A DNA stretch of 56,740 nt from an uncultured Alphaproteobacteria bacterium. GTDB lineage: Bacteria > Pseudomonadota > Alphaproteobacteria > RF32 > CAG-239. Positions 1 to 9,594 of the stretch are shown one piece after another. Numbering within the stretch: position 1 is the first letter of the stretch; the number at the start of each line of letters is the position of its first letter. Location of the stretch: assembly GCA_944390905.1 (NCBI GenBank), contig CALXRR010000003.1:1-56740 (forward strand), in the 5' to 3' direction. The notes beneath the pieces were generated by a model. The model searched no databases, was not told where the DNA came from, and saw nothing but the letters and a program-made list of their open reading frames with translations. The translations under genes and the position numbers were made by a program.

Positions 1-137
1 TAATTTATTAACTAAGGAGATTATACCACGAATAGAGCGCCTTAAAAAGTCGCGCCATTTTTGTCGCATAATATATATTATGTATAAAAGATATAGTTTT
101 TAGGAGGATAAATTCAGTCTCACCATCAAATATACTT

Positions 138-1715
138 TTATAAAGCCGCAGCAATCAGTTCCTTGGCATAATCAGTTTGCGGATTAGAAAAAATCTCCCC
201 GGTAAAACCTGCCTCAATAATTTTACCATCTTTCATCACCGCCACTTTATCCGCAACAGATTTAATCACATTCATATCATGAGATATAAATATATAACTC
301 AAATTATATTTAGCCTTCAATCTCAACAACAACTTTATCACTTGAGCCTGAATTGTCACATCAAGTGCCGATGTCGGTTCATCCAAAACTAATATTTTAG
401 GCTCGACCACCAGAGCTCGTGCAATAGCTATTCTTTGCCTTTGCCCGCCAGAAAACTCATGAGGATATTTATACAAATCATTTTTACTCAATCCTACATC
501 CTGCAAAGCAGCAATAATTTTATTGAGCCGTTGCACTTCTGATATTTCAGGAAAATGAACATCAACACCCTCGCCCACAATCTGTTCTATGTTCATTCGA
601 GGGTTTAAGGAATTATACGGATCCTGAAACACAACCTGAATACTTTTTCTGACTTTTGCAGCATTGAGCTGTTTAATGTCTATACCATCAAGGCATACCA
701 TTCCACCATGAGGAACCAAACCACAAGCAGCCATACCGAGAGTAGTTTTTCCCGACCCTGATTCTCCGACAATTCCTAAACACTCACCTTTATATAAATC
801 TAAAGAAACCCCATCAACGGCATGAATATCCTGAATAACTTTTCCCAAAAAATTTTTCTTGAGAGGAAATACAACATTAAGTTTGCTTGCTGACAGTACC
901 ACCTCATTGTATTTGTTATTATTATCGTTTTTCAATCCTATAAACGGACAAATTAAAGTTTTAGTGTAACTATGCTTAGGATGCAAGAAAACATCTTTTG
1001 TACTTCCCTGCTCTACAATCTTACCGTTTTTCATTACACAAACATAATCAGCAATCTTACGAACCAAATTCAAATCATGACTGATAAACAAAATAGCCAT
1101 ACCGGTCTTATTGCGTAAATCAAGCAATAAATCAATTATTTGCGCTTGAATAGTAACATCTAAAGCTGTTGTTGGCTCATCAGCAATCAATAATTTTGGA
1201 TTATTGGCAATAGCCATTGCAATCATCACACGTTGCCTTTGCCCTCCTGATAGTTCAAAAGGGAAAGCCTTAGCTCGCTGTTTAGGGTTTCTAATTCCGG
1301 TTAATTTCAATAAGTTAGTTGCCTCTTTTAAAGCTTTTTTATACGTCCATCCTTGATGGACAACCAAAGTTTCGGCAATCTGATGCCCTATTCTGTGCAA
1401 CGGATTAAGAGAAGACATCGGCTCCTGAAATATAAAACCTATTTCACCGCCACGAAGCTTCATCATTTCTTTTTCTGACGCATTAACAATCTGTTGATCA
1501 TTAAACTTAATGGAAGACTTAGCTCCAAATGTAACTTTTTTTCTATCTAGCAGCCCCAAAATTGATAAAGCCGTAACAGATTTTCCGGAGCCGGACTCTC
1601 CAACTAACCCAACAATTTTACCTTCAGGTATATTAAATGACACATTGCTAACGGCATCAAATTTATTTTCGTTAAAACAAATTGTTAAATCTTTAACTTC
1701 AAGTAAGTTAGTCAT
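138..1715 (-). CDS. yejF: Peptide/microcin C ABC transporter ATP-binding protein with two ATPase domains (YejF-like)
   Basis: Two Walker A motifs (GESGSGKS, GESGSGKT), two signatures (LSGGQRQR, FSGGQRQR), DEPTT/DEPTS Walker B; overlaps the permease stop codon. Confidence 0.85.
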   Translation of the reverse strand: MTNLLEVKDLTICFNENKFDAVSNVSFNIPEGKIVGLVGESGSGKSVTALSILGLLDRKKVTFGAKSSIKFNDQQIVNASEKEMMKLRGGEIGFIFQEPMSSLNPLHRIGHQIAETLVVHQGWTYKKALKEATNLLKLTGIRNPKQRAKAFPFELSGGQRQRVMIAMAIANNPKLLIADEPTTALDVTIQAQIIDLLLDLRNKTGMAILFISHDLNLVRKIADYVCVMKNGKIVEQGSTKDVFLHPKHSYTKTLICPFIGLKNDNNNKYNEVVLSASKLNVVFPLKKNFLGKVIQDIHAVDGVSLDLYKGECLGIVGESGSGKTTLGMAACGLVPHGGMVCLDGIDIKQLNAAKVRKSIQVVFQDPYNSLNPRMNIEQIVGEGVDVHFPEISEVQRLNKIIAALQDVGLSKNDLYKYPHEFSGGQRQRIAIARALVVEPKILVLDEPTSALDVTIQAQVIKLLLRLKAKYNLSYIFISHDMNVIKSVADKVAVMKDGKIIEAGFTGEIFSNPQTDYAKELIAAAL

Positions 1716-2731
1716 TGGCTTTTCCTCGAATCAAAAGCATCTCTAACCCCTTCTCCAATAAAAATCAGCAACGTCAATAATGTCGATAACACAATAAAGA
1801 TTGTTATTCCGATCCAAGGCGCCTGCAAATTATCTTTCCCTTGACGCACTAAATCTCCCAAAGAAGGATAATCTTGAGACAATCCCAGCCCCAAAAAATC
1901 TAAAGCCGTCAAAGCCACAATTGCCTCTGCCAGCAAAAAAGGCACAAAAGTAATCGTTGCAATCACCGCATTAGGCAAAATATGCCTCCAAATAATTCTC
2001 GCATCACTAACACCTAGCGCCTTAGCCGCTTTAACAAATTCAAAATTACGTGTCCGTAAGAATTCCGCTCTTACAACCGAAGTCAAACTACTCCATGAGA
2101 AAAAGAGCAATATCACCAACAACGTCCAGAATGTCGGCTGAAATACACTAGCTACAATAATCAGAATAAACAACTGCGGCAAAGCCTCCCAAATTTCTTG
2201 GAAACGCTGCATTAAAATATCTGTTTTTCCACCAAAATAACCTTGCACAGCGCCGGCAAAAATTCCGATTATCGAAGATAGTGCAGTTAAAATAAACGCA
2301 AAAATAACCGATAGCCTAATGCCATATAGAATGCGCGCCAAAATATCACGTCCTTCATCATCTGTTCCGAGCCAATGCTCCAACGATGGAGGAGTTGGAG
2401 TTGGTAGATTAAGAGAATAGTCTACTGTATTGAAAGAAAAAGGAATAATTGGCATAAGCATCCAACCATCAGTCTCAATCTGCTCTATAATAAACGGATC
2501 TTTATAATCTGCCTCGGTCGGAAAATCTCCACCAAAAAAAGCGTCACTATAAACCGTAGCCATTGGGAACAAGTAGTTGTCTTTATACTTGACAATCAAA
2601 GGCTTATCATTAGCAATTAATTCCGCAAAGCAGCTTATAACTAAGATTATAACCAAGACAATTAGTGCCCAATAAGCACGACGATTACGCCTAAAAGCCT
2701 TTATTCTGCGTGAAGTTAAAGCCGAAACCAT
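1712..2731 (-). CDS. yejE: Peptide ABC transporter permease (YejE-like)
   Basis: ELIANDKPL, WLGTDDEGRDILAR, EAA-like loop (KAAKALGVS), RDAFD C-terminus. Confidence 0.85.
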   Translation of the reverse strand: MVSALTSRRIKAFRRNRRAYWALIVLVIILVISCFAELIANDKPLIVKYKDNYLFPMATVYSDAFFGGDFPTEADYKDPFIIEQIETDGWMLMPIIPFSFNTVDYSLNLPTPTPPSLEHWLGTDDEGRDILARILYGIRLSVIFAFILTALSSIIGIFAGAVQGYFGGKTDILMQRFQEIWEALPQLFILIIVASVFQPTFWTLLVILLFFSWSSLTSVVRAEFLRTRNFEFVKAAKALGVSDARIIWRHILPNAVIATITFVPFLLAEAIVALTALDFLGLGLSQDYPSLGDLVRQGKDNLQAPWIGITIFIVLSTLLTLLIFIGEGVRDAFDSRKSQ

Positions 2732-2737
2732 AAAACC

Positions 2738-4909
2738 TTACTCACCTTCTTTAGGTTCCGCAGAAGCATCTACTTCAGCTTCAGGCACATTCTTAGCTTC
2801 CGATTCTTCAGACACCTCAGCATCACTAGCTTTTTGCGCCATCATTTCTGCTTTCAAACTCTTTACTTTTACTTCATCTTCAAGCTTAACTTCGCCTGGT
2901 ATATCTATGTTTTTATTCACAATTATATTATCAGAGATTGGTTCAGGCTGCGCCGTCACCTCTCCTTGTGAAGCAGTATTTTCGACCTCTTGTTCCGTTG
3001 CCGGCATTACCTCTTTACCATTAGCTTTGTTCCAATATTTAATCCACAATTCAAAAAACTTCTTTGCTTCTAATTGTGTTTTTTCATCAATATTAATAGC
3101 TTCAACTGATTTTTTCAGCTCTTCCATATCTGAACCTGTATCAACCGAACACTTAGAAGTCTTGAACAAATATGAATTGATTATATCTGTAGCATAGCAC
3201 ATTTGCGGTTTTACTTCAAAGCCATCAAATTTCGGATCTTTTATTGCAATATTAGTAAGCTTTTCATTACCAATAACCATCGCAAACGGCGTAGCTTCAT
3301 TGGTTAATTTAGTCTGAGGAGCACTAATTCCTTGTATCAACATGACAGTATTAGCCAAATCAAGCTTGCTGACAAAGTCTTCCAACTTTCCAAACAAACA
3401 AGTATATTGCTCAGCATAAGCCACCTGTCGTTTTTGCAATGTTTCATCATCATCACCGGTCGTTGAATAAGGAGACTTCAATGCAATCCAGTCTTTTTGA
3501 TTTTTCAGCATACAGAATTCATTATAAACAAACATATCTGCCGGCATATCTACATAGATATAATACGCCCCTTTTCCGGGATTATTGGCAATATCTTGCA
3601 ACACCTTATCAAAAACTTTAATTGAATCAACAACATAAAGCTTAGCATAAGATTTTCCAACAACCGGTATTTTTTCAGCATCTGTAACTTTATCGACTAC
3701 TCTAAATATCAGAGACGGAGCAACCTCATTACCAAATAAGCCGCTGCTTTCTAACCATTGCGCCACTAACAATAAAGAACGTTGCCCTACCGTAGTTGCC
3801 AGCTCATCAACATTAGCCGGAGTATTAAGCTTATTTACGCATCTATCGACTTGATAAGCCAATCTTGAGCGACACATATCCAAGCCTCTTGATTGATATG
3901 CATTAATCTGATAACCAGCTTTACGAAACGCATCAGAAACCTGATTTGATTGTAGCTCAATAGTTTTATCGTTTATCCTGTCAAATTGCCAATCTCTATC
4001 ATAAATTACCGGAGCAACGATTTGCTCTATTCCACCCCTAGCCAAAGGATTAAAAGCTAAGGCCTGATTTTGCTGTCCATTTTGATATTTAAGCAACGCA
4101 TTAGGATAAAGATTAAAACCATTTTTCACAAAAAATCCGAGCATAATTTTTTTCAGATTCTCCACTTTAGAATTGTCTTTTACATTCTGATTAAGCATTG
4201 AATCCAAATAATTATAAGATGCCGCATTAGACAATATAATATTAACAAATTTTTTGCCTGTTTCAGTAGAAATTTCACGAGGAGAAACATCTTCAACAAA
4301 ATCATGAGGAGCATATCGGTTAATATAAGCCGTAAACAACACATAGGCATTAATCAATAATAAGCTTCCAAGCAAATATCCCAAACTACTACGGTCAGCA
4401 AAAACCAAATACAGCAACACCAAGACAAATACTACGAGTGCCACCACCACATCAGAATATCCATATACAAAATCAGCCACACCGTCATTCACATAGATAC
4501 GCAACATATCGGTTAAAAATGCATATTTATCAAACAGTGCAAATTGTCCCAACATCATCAGCACAAACAACCCGGCTGTTATTGCAAGTAATATATTTTG
4601 CGCCCATGTTGAAAAGGATAACAACACCATCAGCACCAACGATGATATAAACACCCAACTGACGATGCGAATAACTTCCGGCGCCAAACTTCCATCTGAA
4701 AGGAAGACAGCATAATTTCCGGCTTTAGCAAACAAGCAAAAGTTAATAGATATAAGCACAGTCATCAACAAAGCCCTAATAAACAAATCAAGGCAATAAG
4801 CCCCAAAGCTTTTTGCTCTCAGGCTGATTGTTTTACCATCAACCACTACTTCAACCGGTTTACTATTATCAATAATAACATCATCCATAGGATTATTCCT
4901 TTTCAACAA
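2738..4909 (-). CDS. Membrane protein with ~5 N-terminal TM helices, a possible degenerate sulfatase/alkaline-phosphatase-like domain and an acidic tail
   Basis: 723-aa ORF; hydrophobic segments at about aa 40-195; true start may be the ATG at 4888. Confidence 0.6.
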   Translation of the reverse strand: MLKRNNPMDDVIIDNSKPVEVVVDGKTISLRAKSFGAYCLDLFIRALLMTVLISINFCLFAKAGNYAVFLSDGSLAPEVIRIVSWVFISSLVLMVLLSFSTWAQNILLAITAGLFVLMMLGQFALFDKYAFLTDMLRIYVNDGVADFVYGYSDVVVALVVFVLVLLYLVFADRSSLGYLLGSLLLINAYVLFTAYINRYAPHDFVEDVSPREISTETGKKFVNIILSNAASYNYLDSMLNQNVKDNSKVENLKKIMLGFFVKNGFNLYPNALLKYQNGQQNQALAFNPLARGGIEQIVAPVIYDRDWQFDRINDKTIELQSNQVSDAFRKAGYQINAYQSRGLDMCRSRLAYQVDRCVNKLNTPANVDELATTVGQRSLLLVAQWLESSGLFGNEVAPSLIFRVVDKVTDAEKIPVVGKSYAKLYVVDSIKVFDKVLQDIANNPGKGAYYIYVDMPADMFVYNEFCMLKNQKDWIALKSPYSTTGDDDETLQKRQVAYAEQYTCLFGKLEDFVSKLDLANTVMLIQGISAPQTKLTNEATPFAMVIGNEKLTNIAIKDPKFDGFEVKPQMCYATDIINSYLFKTSKCSVDTGSDMEELKKSVEAINIDEKTQLEAKKFFELWIKYWNKANGKEVMPATEQEVENTASQGEVTAQPEPISDNIIVNKNIDIPGEVKLEDEVKVKSLKAEMMAQKASDAEVSEESEAKNVPEAEVDASAEPKEGE

Positions 4910-4963
4910 ACAGAGTTAACCTCAGCTAGACTATCTAAGCATATTGCGTGCAATATTTAAAGC

Positions 4964-4997
4964 AAAAAACCTCGAGATTGCACAACAACCTCGAGGT
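4964..4997 (-). terminator. Intrinsic terminator of rpsD
   Basis: ACCTCGAG...CTCGAGGT stem followed by a T-run on the minus strand. Confidence 0.65.
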
Positions 4998-5021
4998 CTA
5001 TAATTTTGCTTTTGCTGATTA

Positions 5022-5636
5022 TTATCTTGAGTAGTACTCGATAACCAGATTCGGTTCCATAGTGCAAGCATAAGGCACATCTTCAAACTTCGGAACAAAA
5101 GTATATTTAGCAGTCAATTTCTTAGTATCAACTTCCAAATATCCCGGAATATCACGAGTAGCAGATTCCAAAGAAGCAGCAATCAACGGATTCTGTTTAG
5201 ATTTTTCTTTAACTTCAATAACATCGCCGACTTTAACCATATAAGAAGGAATGTTTACCTTTTTGCCATTAACCAAGATATGATTATGGCTTACCATTTG
5301 ACGAGCTGCAAATACGGTAGAAGCCAGTTTAGATCTATAAACCAAGTTATCCAAACGAGATTCCAAGATACCGATAAGGTTTTCAGCCGCATCGCCTCTT
5401 CTTCTGATGGCTTCGGCATAATATTTAGCAAACTGTTTTTCAGAAATATTACCATAAGAGCTTTTGAGCTTTTGCTTAGCATACAATTGCTCACCATAGT
5501 CGGTCATTTTCTTTTTTCTGGCACCATGCTGACCAGGAGCAGTTTCTCTTCTTGCAAAAGAAGAATGATTTTCGCCCCAAATGGAGGCACCATAACGGCG
5601 AGTAGCCTTTTTCTTAGCTTTAACAATACTTTTCAT
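5022..5636 (-). CDS. rpsD: 30S ribosomal protein S4
   Basis: [45 protein letters not shown] motifs. Confidence 0.97.
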   Translation of the reverse strand: MKSIVKAKKKATRRYGASIWGENHSSFARRETAPGQHGARKKKMTDYGEQLYAKQKLKSSYGNISEKQFAKYYAEAIRRRGDAAENLIGILESRLDNLVYRSKLASTVFAARQMVSHNHILVNGKKVNIPSYMVKVGDVIEVKEKSKQNPLIAASLESATRDIPGYLEVDTKKLTAKYTFVPKFEDVPYACTMEPNLVIEYYSR

Positions 5637-5945
5637 TAGGTTCTATCCTTAATTATTTTAACTAACACATTATTGTTCCGGTAGTTTCGGACGACTTTCT
5701 TTTGAGCAACACACTTATCACCATATATAAGCGCCCTTATCAACCCTAAGCCTCATATATAAGCGCCATGTTGCCCCTAATCTCCCGAACGGGAAACATA
5801 ACAGCTATTTTTTATGCATCCACATTCCCGAAAGTGATGTGAATGTAACATATTTTTTTATAATTTCAAGTAAAATCTGCAAATACCGCTGGATTTTTTT
5901 TTCACTTCCGGCTACAATAACCGGCAGAAAGGATAAAATTGCCCA

Positions 5946-7697
5946 ATGTCATATGATTTGTTATTTTCGCAAGCACTTAAATTGCATGAGGCCGGTCGCC
6001 TTGACGAAGCCGAGCAAGTCTATCGTCAAATTCTTGAAACGGCACCACAAAACCCTGATGTAATCAACCTTCTGGGGCTCATTGCCCAAAGCAAGGGACT
6101 ACATGAGGAAGCCGCAGCCTTGTTTACTCAAGCGCTTAAAATCTCACCTGATTTCGCACCTTATTACTTTAACTTAGGCTTATCCTTTCTGAATCTTAAA
6201 CAATTACACCAAGCTGAAGATATGTTTTTGCAAGCTCTGCAACGCAAGCCTGATTTCAAGGAGGCTTTGCTTGAACTAGGTCACTTAGCTCAACTCCGTA
6301 ATGATTTTTCTCTTGCCCGCCAATATTTTACCCAAGCAGTTGCTATCGACACTGATTATGTTGAGGCTAAAGTTGAATTAGCACAATTATCATCTGACGC
6401 CCTAGCCGAGCTTGCCCAACTTTGCACTACTTACCCATCATTTCCGCAACCGTTTTTTGCTCTTAGCCAACTTTACCAACAGCAAGGCGAATATAAACCG
6501 GCAGTTGATTACGCCACCCAAGCCTTAACACTATCTCCGGATAATCCTGAAATTATGTTATTATTGGGCGATTTACACCATAGCCAAGGGCAAAATGACA
6601 CGGCTCAAAGGTATTACACCCAAGTTATGCAATTACAACCGTCTAATGTCGATGCCATAAAAAATATGGCTGACATTCTAACCCTAAATAAACAATTTTC
6701 TGCGGCTGAAACTCTGTATAAGCAAGCTCTGAACTATGCTCCCGAGCGTGCCGATATCCTGATAAATTATGCCGACATGCTCTACCGCGACCATCGCACT
6801 CAAGAAGCAGTTGAAATCTACCATAAAGCGGTAATTTTATCCCCCTCATCGCCTGAAATCAGCAATAATCTGGGCATCATCACCCGTGACCTTGGGGATT
6901 ATGAGGAAGCACTCGGCCTGTTTTTCAATGCATTGAACCTAGCCCCGCAACAAACCGCCATTTCTGCCAATATTGCCGAAACTTTAAGCTTATTCTCCAC
7001 CTCTGCGCCTGATAAAGCCGCACAAATTGCCGCCAACTGGCTTAAATCTTATCCTAATAATAGCTTTGCCCAGCACCTATCATCGGCTCTTGACCACAAG
7101 ACAGACACTCAAACACAATCCTCCGCCTACAGCCGCGACTTATTCAACCTCTTTGCCCCTGAATATGAGGCTAAGTTGCAAAAAATTGCTTATAACCTGC
7201 CGCAACAGCTCAAAACCATTTTGGGTGAATTATCCGGCAGTGTTATTGACTTAGGCTGCGGCACCGGCTTGGTTGCCGAGCAGTTCAAATCACCTCATAA
7301 CGATTTTATCGGGGTTGATATCTCAGCCGAAATGCTCAAACTCGCCGCTGCCAAAAATTTATATTCTCAGCTTTTTGAGCAAGATATCCTACATTTTTTA
7401 AGCACTTACCCCCTGCCCTCAGGCACTCAATTTATCGCCGCCGATGTTTTTTGCTACTTTGGTGACTTATCTCCGATACTGGAGCTTACTTTTCCGCACC
7501 CGATTTGCTTTTCAGTTGAAAAAAGCCAATCAAATACGCCTTTTGAGCTGACTACAACCGGACGTTTCAAACACTCCCCTGTCTCGATTAACACTTTGTT
7601 AAGAAAAATCGGCTATTCTACCATAAATCAATATTTTGTAACCTTACGGCAAGAAGCCGGACAAAATGTCGAAGGAGTAATCTTCACCGCCACATAA
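5946..7697 (+). CDS. TPR-repeat protein with C-terminal SAM-dependent methyltransferase
   Basis: Many TPR-like repeats; VIDLGCGTG motif I, GVDISAEML, AADVFCYFGDL, GRFKHS. Confidence 0.85.
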   Translation: MSYDLLFSQALKLHEAGRLDEAEQVYRQILETAPQNPDVINLLGLIAQSKGLHEEAAALFTQALKISPDFAPYYFNLGLSFLNLKQLHQAEDMFLQALQRKPDFKEALLELGHLAQLRNDFSLARQYFTQAVAIDTDYVEAKVELAQLSSDALAELAQLCTTYPSFPQPFFALSQLYQQQGEYKPAVDYATQALTLSPDNPEIMLLLGDLHHSQGQNDTAQRYYTQVMQLQPSNVDAIKNMADILTLNKQFSAAETLYKQALNYAPERADILINYADMLYRDHRTQEAVEIYHKAVILSPSSPEISNNLGIITRDLGDYEEALGLFFNALNLAPQQTAISANIAETLSLFSTSAPDKAAQIAANWLKSYPNNSFAQHLSSALDHKTDTQTQSSAYSRDLFNLFAPEYEAKLQKIAYNLPQQLKTILGELSGSVIDLGCGTGLVAEQFKSPHNDFIGVDISAEMLKLAAAKNLYSQLFEQDILHFLSTYPLPSGTQFIAADVFCYFGDLSPILELTFPHPICFSVEKSQSNTPFELTTTGRFKHSPVSINTLLRKIGYSTINQYFVTLRQEAGQNVEGVIFTAT

Positions 7698-7717
7698 ACC
7701 ACTTGAAGGAGGCCCTT

Positions 7718-8362
7718 ATGACTGATGAATTAATCGACATCTATGATGAAAATATGAACCCGCTCGGTACTGCCACCAAGCAACAAGTTCATCAGGAAGG
7801 CCTGTGGCATACGGCATTTCGCTGTTGGATAATCAAACGTACCCCTGACAACAAATGCCACATATGGCTTCAGCTCCGAGGTAAAAATAAACGCTTATAT
7901 CCCAACCTTTTAGCTTCATCAGCGGCTGGACACCTCCGCCACGGGGAACAGAACCGTGACGGCATCCGTGAGATTGAGGAAGAATTAGGCCTCAAAGTCG
8001 CGCCTGAAAAATTGGTCAAACTCTTCACCACCAAAAAATCCGTGCGTGAAGATGATTATATTGATAACGAATTTAACCCTACTTACTTATGTGAAGTAAA
8101 TAAAGATTTCAAAGACTTGCACTTATCCGAAGATGAGGTTGACGGCATTTTTGACTTCGACCTTGAAGACCTGCAAAACTTGTTTAACCATAAGGTGGAT
8201 AAAATCTACTCTTCTGGCTTGGTACGCAATGCCGATACCAATACCCCCGAATACAAAACCGGCTATTTCTGGTTATCAGACTTTGTCCCTCATGACGACA
8301 GCTATTACCAAAAAGTATTTTCCACTATCAAGCGCTATTGCGAAGGACAAAAAGAGTTCTAG
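7718..8362 (+). CDS. NUDIX hydrolase (IPP isomerase type 1-like)
   Basis: Nudix box GHLRHGE...REIEEELGL; VHQEGLWH motif; AAGGAGG RBS before ATG 7718. Confidence 0.8.
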   Translation: MTDELIDIYDENMNPLGTATKQQVHQEGLWHTAFRCWIIKRTPDNKCHIWLQLRGKNKRLYPNLLASSAAGHLRHGEQNRDGIREIEEELGLKVAPEKLVKLFTTKKSVREDDYIDNEFNPTYLCEVNKDFKDLHLSEDEVDGIFDFDLEDLQNLFNHKVDKIYSSGLVRNADTNTPEYKTGYFWLSDFVPHDDSYYQKVFSTIKRYCEGQKEF

Positions 8363-8364
8363 GC

Positions 8365-8628
8365 TTATAAATTAACCGTTACAATGCCTGAACTCAGCAA
8401 CCAATAAGCCACTCCGGCCACGATTGCCAAACCAACAATAACTAGCCACCATTTGCCGCCCAAGCTTTTGCGGTAATACAATCCTTGCCTGCCGGCATGC
8501 AAATAGCTCCCTTTTGGGCCCGTACCAAGGCGCAATCCCTTAGCCCCGACAGACACACCAAGTCCTGATTTTGACAGATTAATCCGCACCGGCCCCAAAT
8601 TAAAGCCTTTTTTCAGATAGAACCCCAT
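8365..8628 (-). CDS. DUF4236-like small membrane protein
   Basis: MGFYLKKGFNLGPVRINLSKSGLGVSVGAKGLRLG...GLYYRK pattern plus C-terminal TM. Confidence 0.75.
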   Translation of the reverse strand: MGFYLKKGFNLGPVRINLSKSGLGVSVGAKGLRLGTGPKGSYLHAGRQGLYYRKSLGGKWWLVIVGLAIVAGVAYWLLSSGIVTVNL

Positions 8629-8639
8629 GTTCTCAATCC

Positions 8640-9002
8640 TCACAAACTTTTCATCAACTTAGCTTTTTCGTTCTGGAATTCCTGCTCCGTAAGCAACCCT
8701 TTATCTCTCAACTCTCCAAGTTTTGCCAAAGCGTCCAAAGCCCCGACATTATTTTGAGCACCACTGGTTTTATCAACCCAGTTAGCCGGTTTCCAAACTA
8801 AAGCAAAAATCAGAGCCAAGAACCAAGTCACCCCGACCACCAGACCACACCAGCTCAATACCACAATCGTAGTCAGCTCTCCGTCTTTAATACCGCGCGT
8901 TTTAGCAATATATATTGGCACCTGTATAACAAAATAAAATATAGCCAACACAAAAATAATCAAAAGCACATATGCCAAAACAATCGCCCCGCCAGCTTCC
9001 AT
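8640..9002 (-). CDS. Superinfection-immunity-like membrane protein with C-terminal SHOCT motif
   Basis: PIYIAKTRG...TWFLALIFAL resembles the Imm family; LAKLGELRDKGLLTEQEFQNEKAKL is SHOCT-like; GGAG RBS before ATG 9002; the longer ORF would overlap the tRNA. Confidence 0.7.
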   Translation of the reverse strand: MEAGGAIVLAYVLLIIFVLAIFYFVIQVPIYIAKTRGIKDGELTTIVVLSWCGLVVGVTWFLALIFALVWKPANWVDKTSGAQNNVGALDALAKLGELRDKGLLTEQEFQNEKAKLMKSL

Positions 9003-9028
9003 ATCAATTCTCCGATAGCTGTTATAAA

Positions 9029-9063
9029 AAAAAGATAACCAGCTATATAAAGAGGTTATCTTA
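9029..9063 (-). terminator. Terminator downstream of tRNA-Ser
   Basis: AAGATAACC...GGTTATCTT stem plus T-run on the minus strand. Confidence 0.6.
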
Positions 9064-9069
9064 ACTTGA

Positions 9070-9157
9070 TGGCGGAGAGTACTGGACTCGAACCAGTGCA
9101 TCCCTATTCGGGATGACGGATTAGCAATCCGCTGCATTACCACTCTGCCAACTCTCC
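9070..9157 (-). tRNA. tRNA-Ser (GCT)
   Basis: Reverse complement GGAGAGTTGGCAGAGTGGTAATGCAGCGGATTGCTAATCCG...GGTTCGAGTCCAGTACTCTCCGCCA; long variable arm, encoded CCA. Confidence 0.95.
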
Positions 9158-9315
9158 ATCAGCATCGCTACGAACAACATATTTAACTTAACTTTCCCTC
9201 CGCGTCAACACATTTTTTTGCAATACACAATATTTTTTTATTTAGATATTGACCTTTTGCACAAAAGAGCTAATATTAGACAAAAGCTTATTATTTTACC
9301 TAAAATTATTTTATT

Positions 9316-9546
9316 ATGAAAACAAAAGTATCAATATTTCTGATTGGAATGGCTTTCAGCTTATCCTCTTGCGGCGTATGGGACTTAGGCTGTCCTCCGT
9401 ATTACGAACTTCCGCCTTACGGAACACCTCCCCCGCCACCACCCAGATATTATCACCACCGGCCGTCTCCTCCGCCGCCCAAACCCAAGCCTCAACATTC
9501 CAAGCAGGCACCTCAGCGGCACTATGACCACCCAGACCGTCGGTAA
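9316..9546 (+). CDS. Small Pro/His-rich predicted lipoprotein
   Basis: Signal peptide with LSSC lipobox, poly-Pro body, followed by a terminator. Confidence 0.6.
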   Translation: MKTKVSIFLIGMAFSLSSCGVWDLGCPPYYELPPYGTPPPPPPRYYHHRPSPPPPKPKPQHSKQAPQRHYDHPDRR

Positions 9547-9552
9547 CATCTC

Positions 9553-9592
9553 AAAAAAAATCCCTGAAACTCTAACTGTTTTCAGGGATTTT
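9553..9592. terminator. Bidirectional intrinsic terminator
   Basis: AAAATCCCTGAAA...TTTCAGGGATTTT between convergent genes. Confidence 0.8.
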
Positions 9593-9594
9593 CT

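Noticed and set aside
9003-9143. N-terminal extension of the 167-aa ORF
   Set aside because: Overlaps tRNA-Ser; a good RBS supports the ATG at 9002
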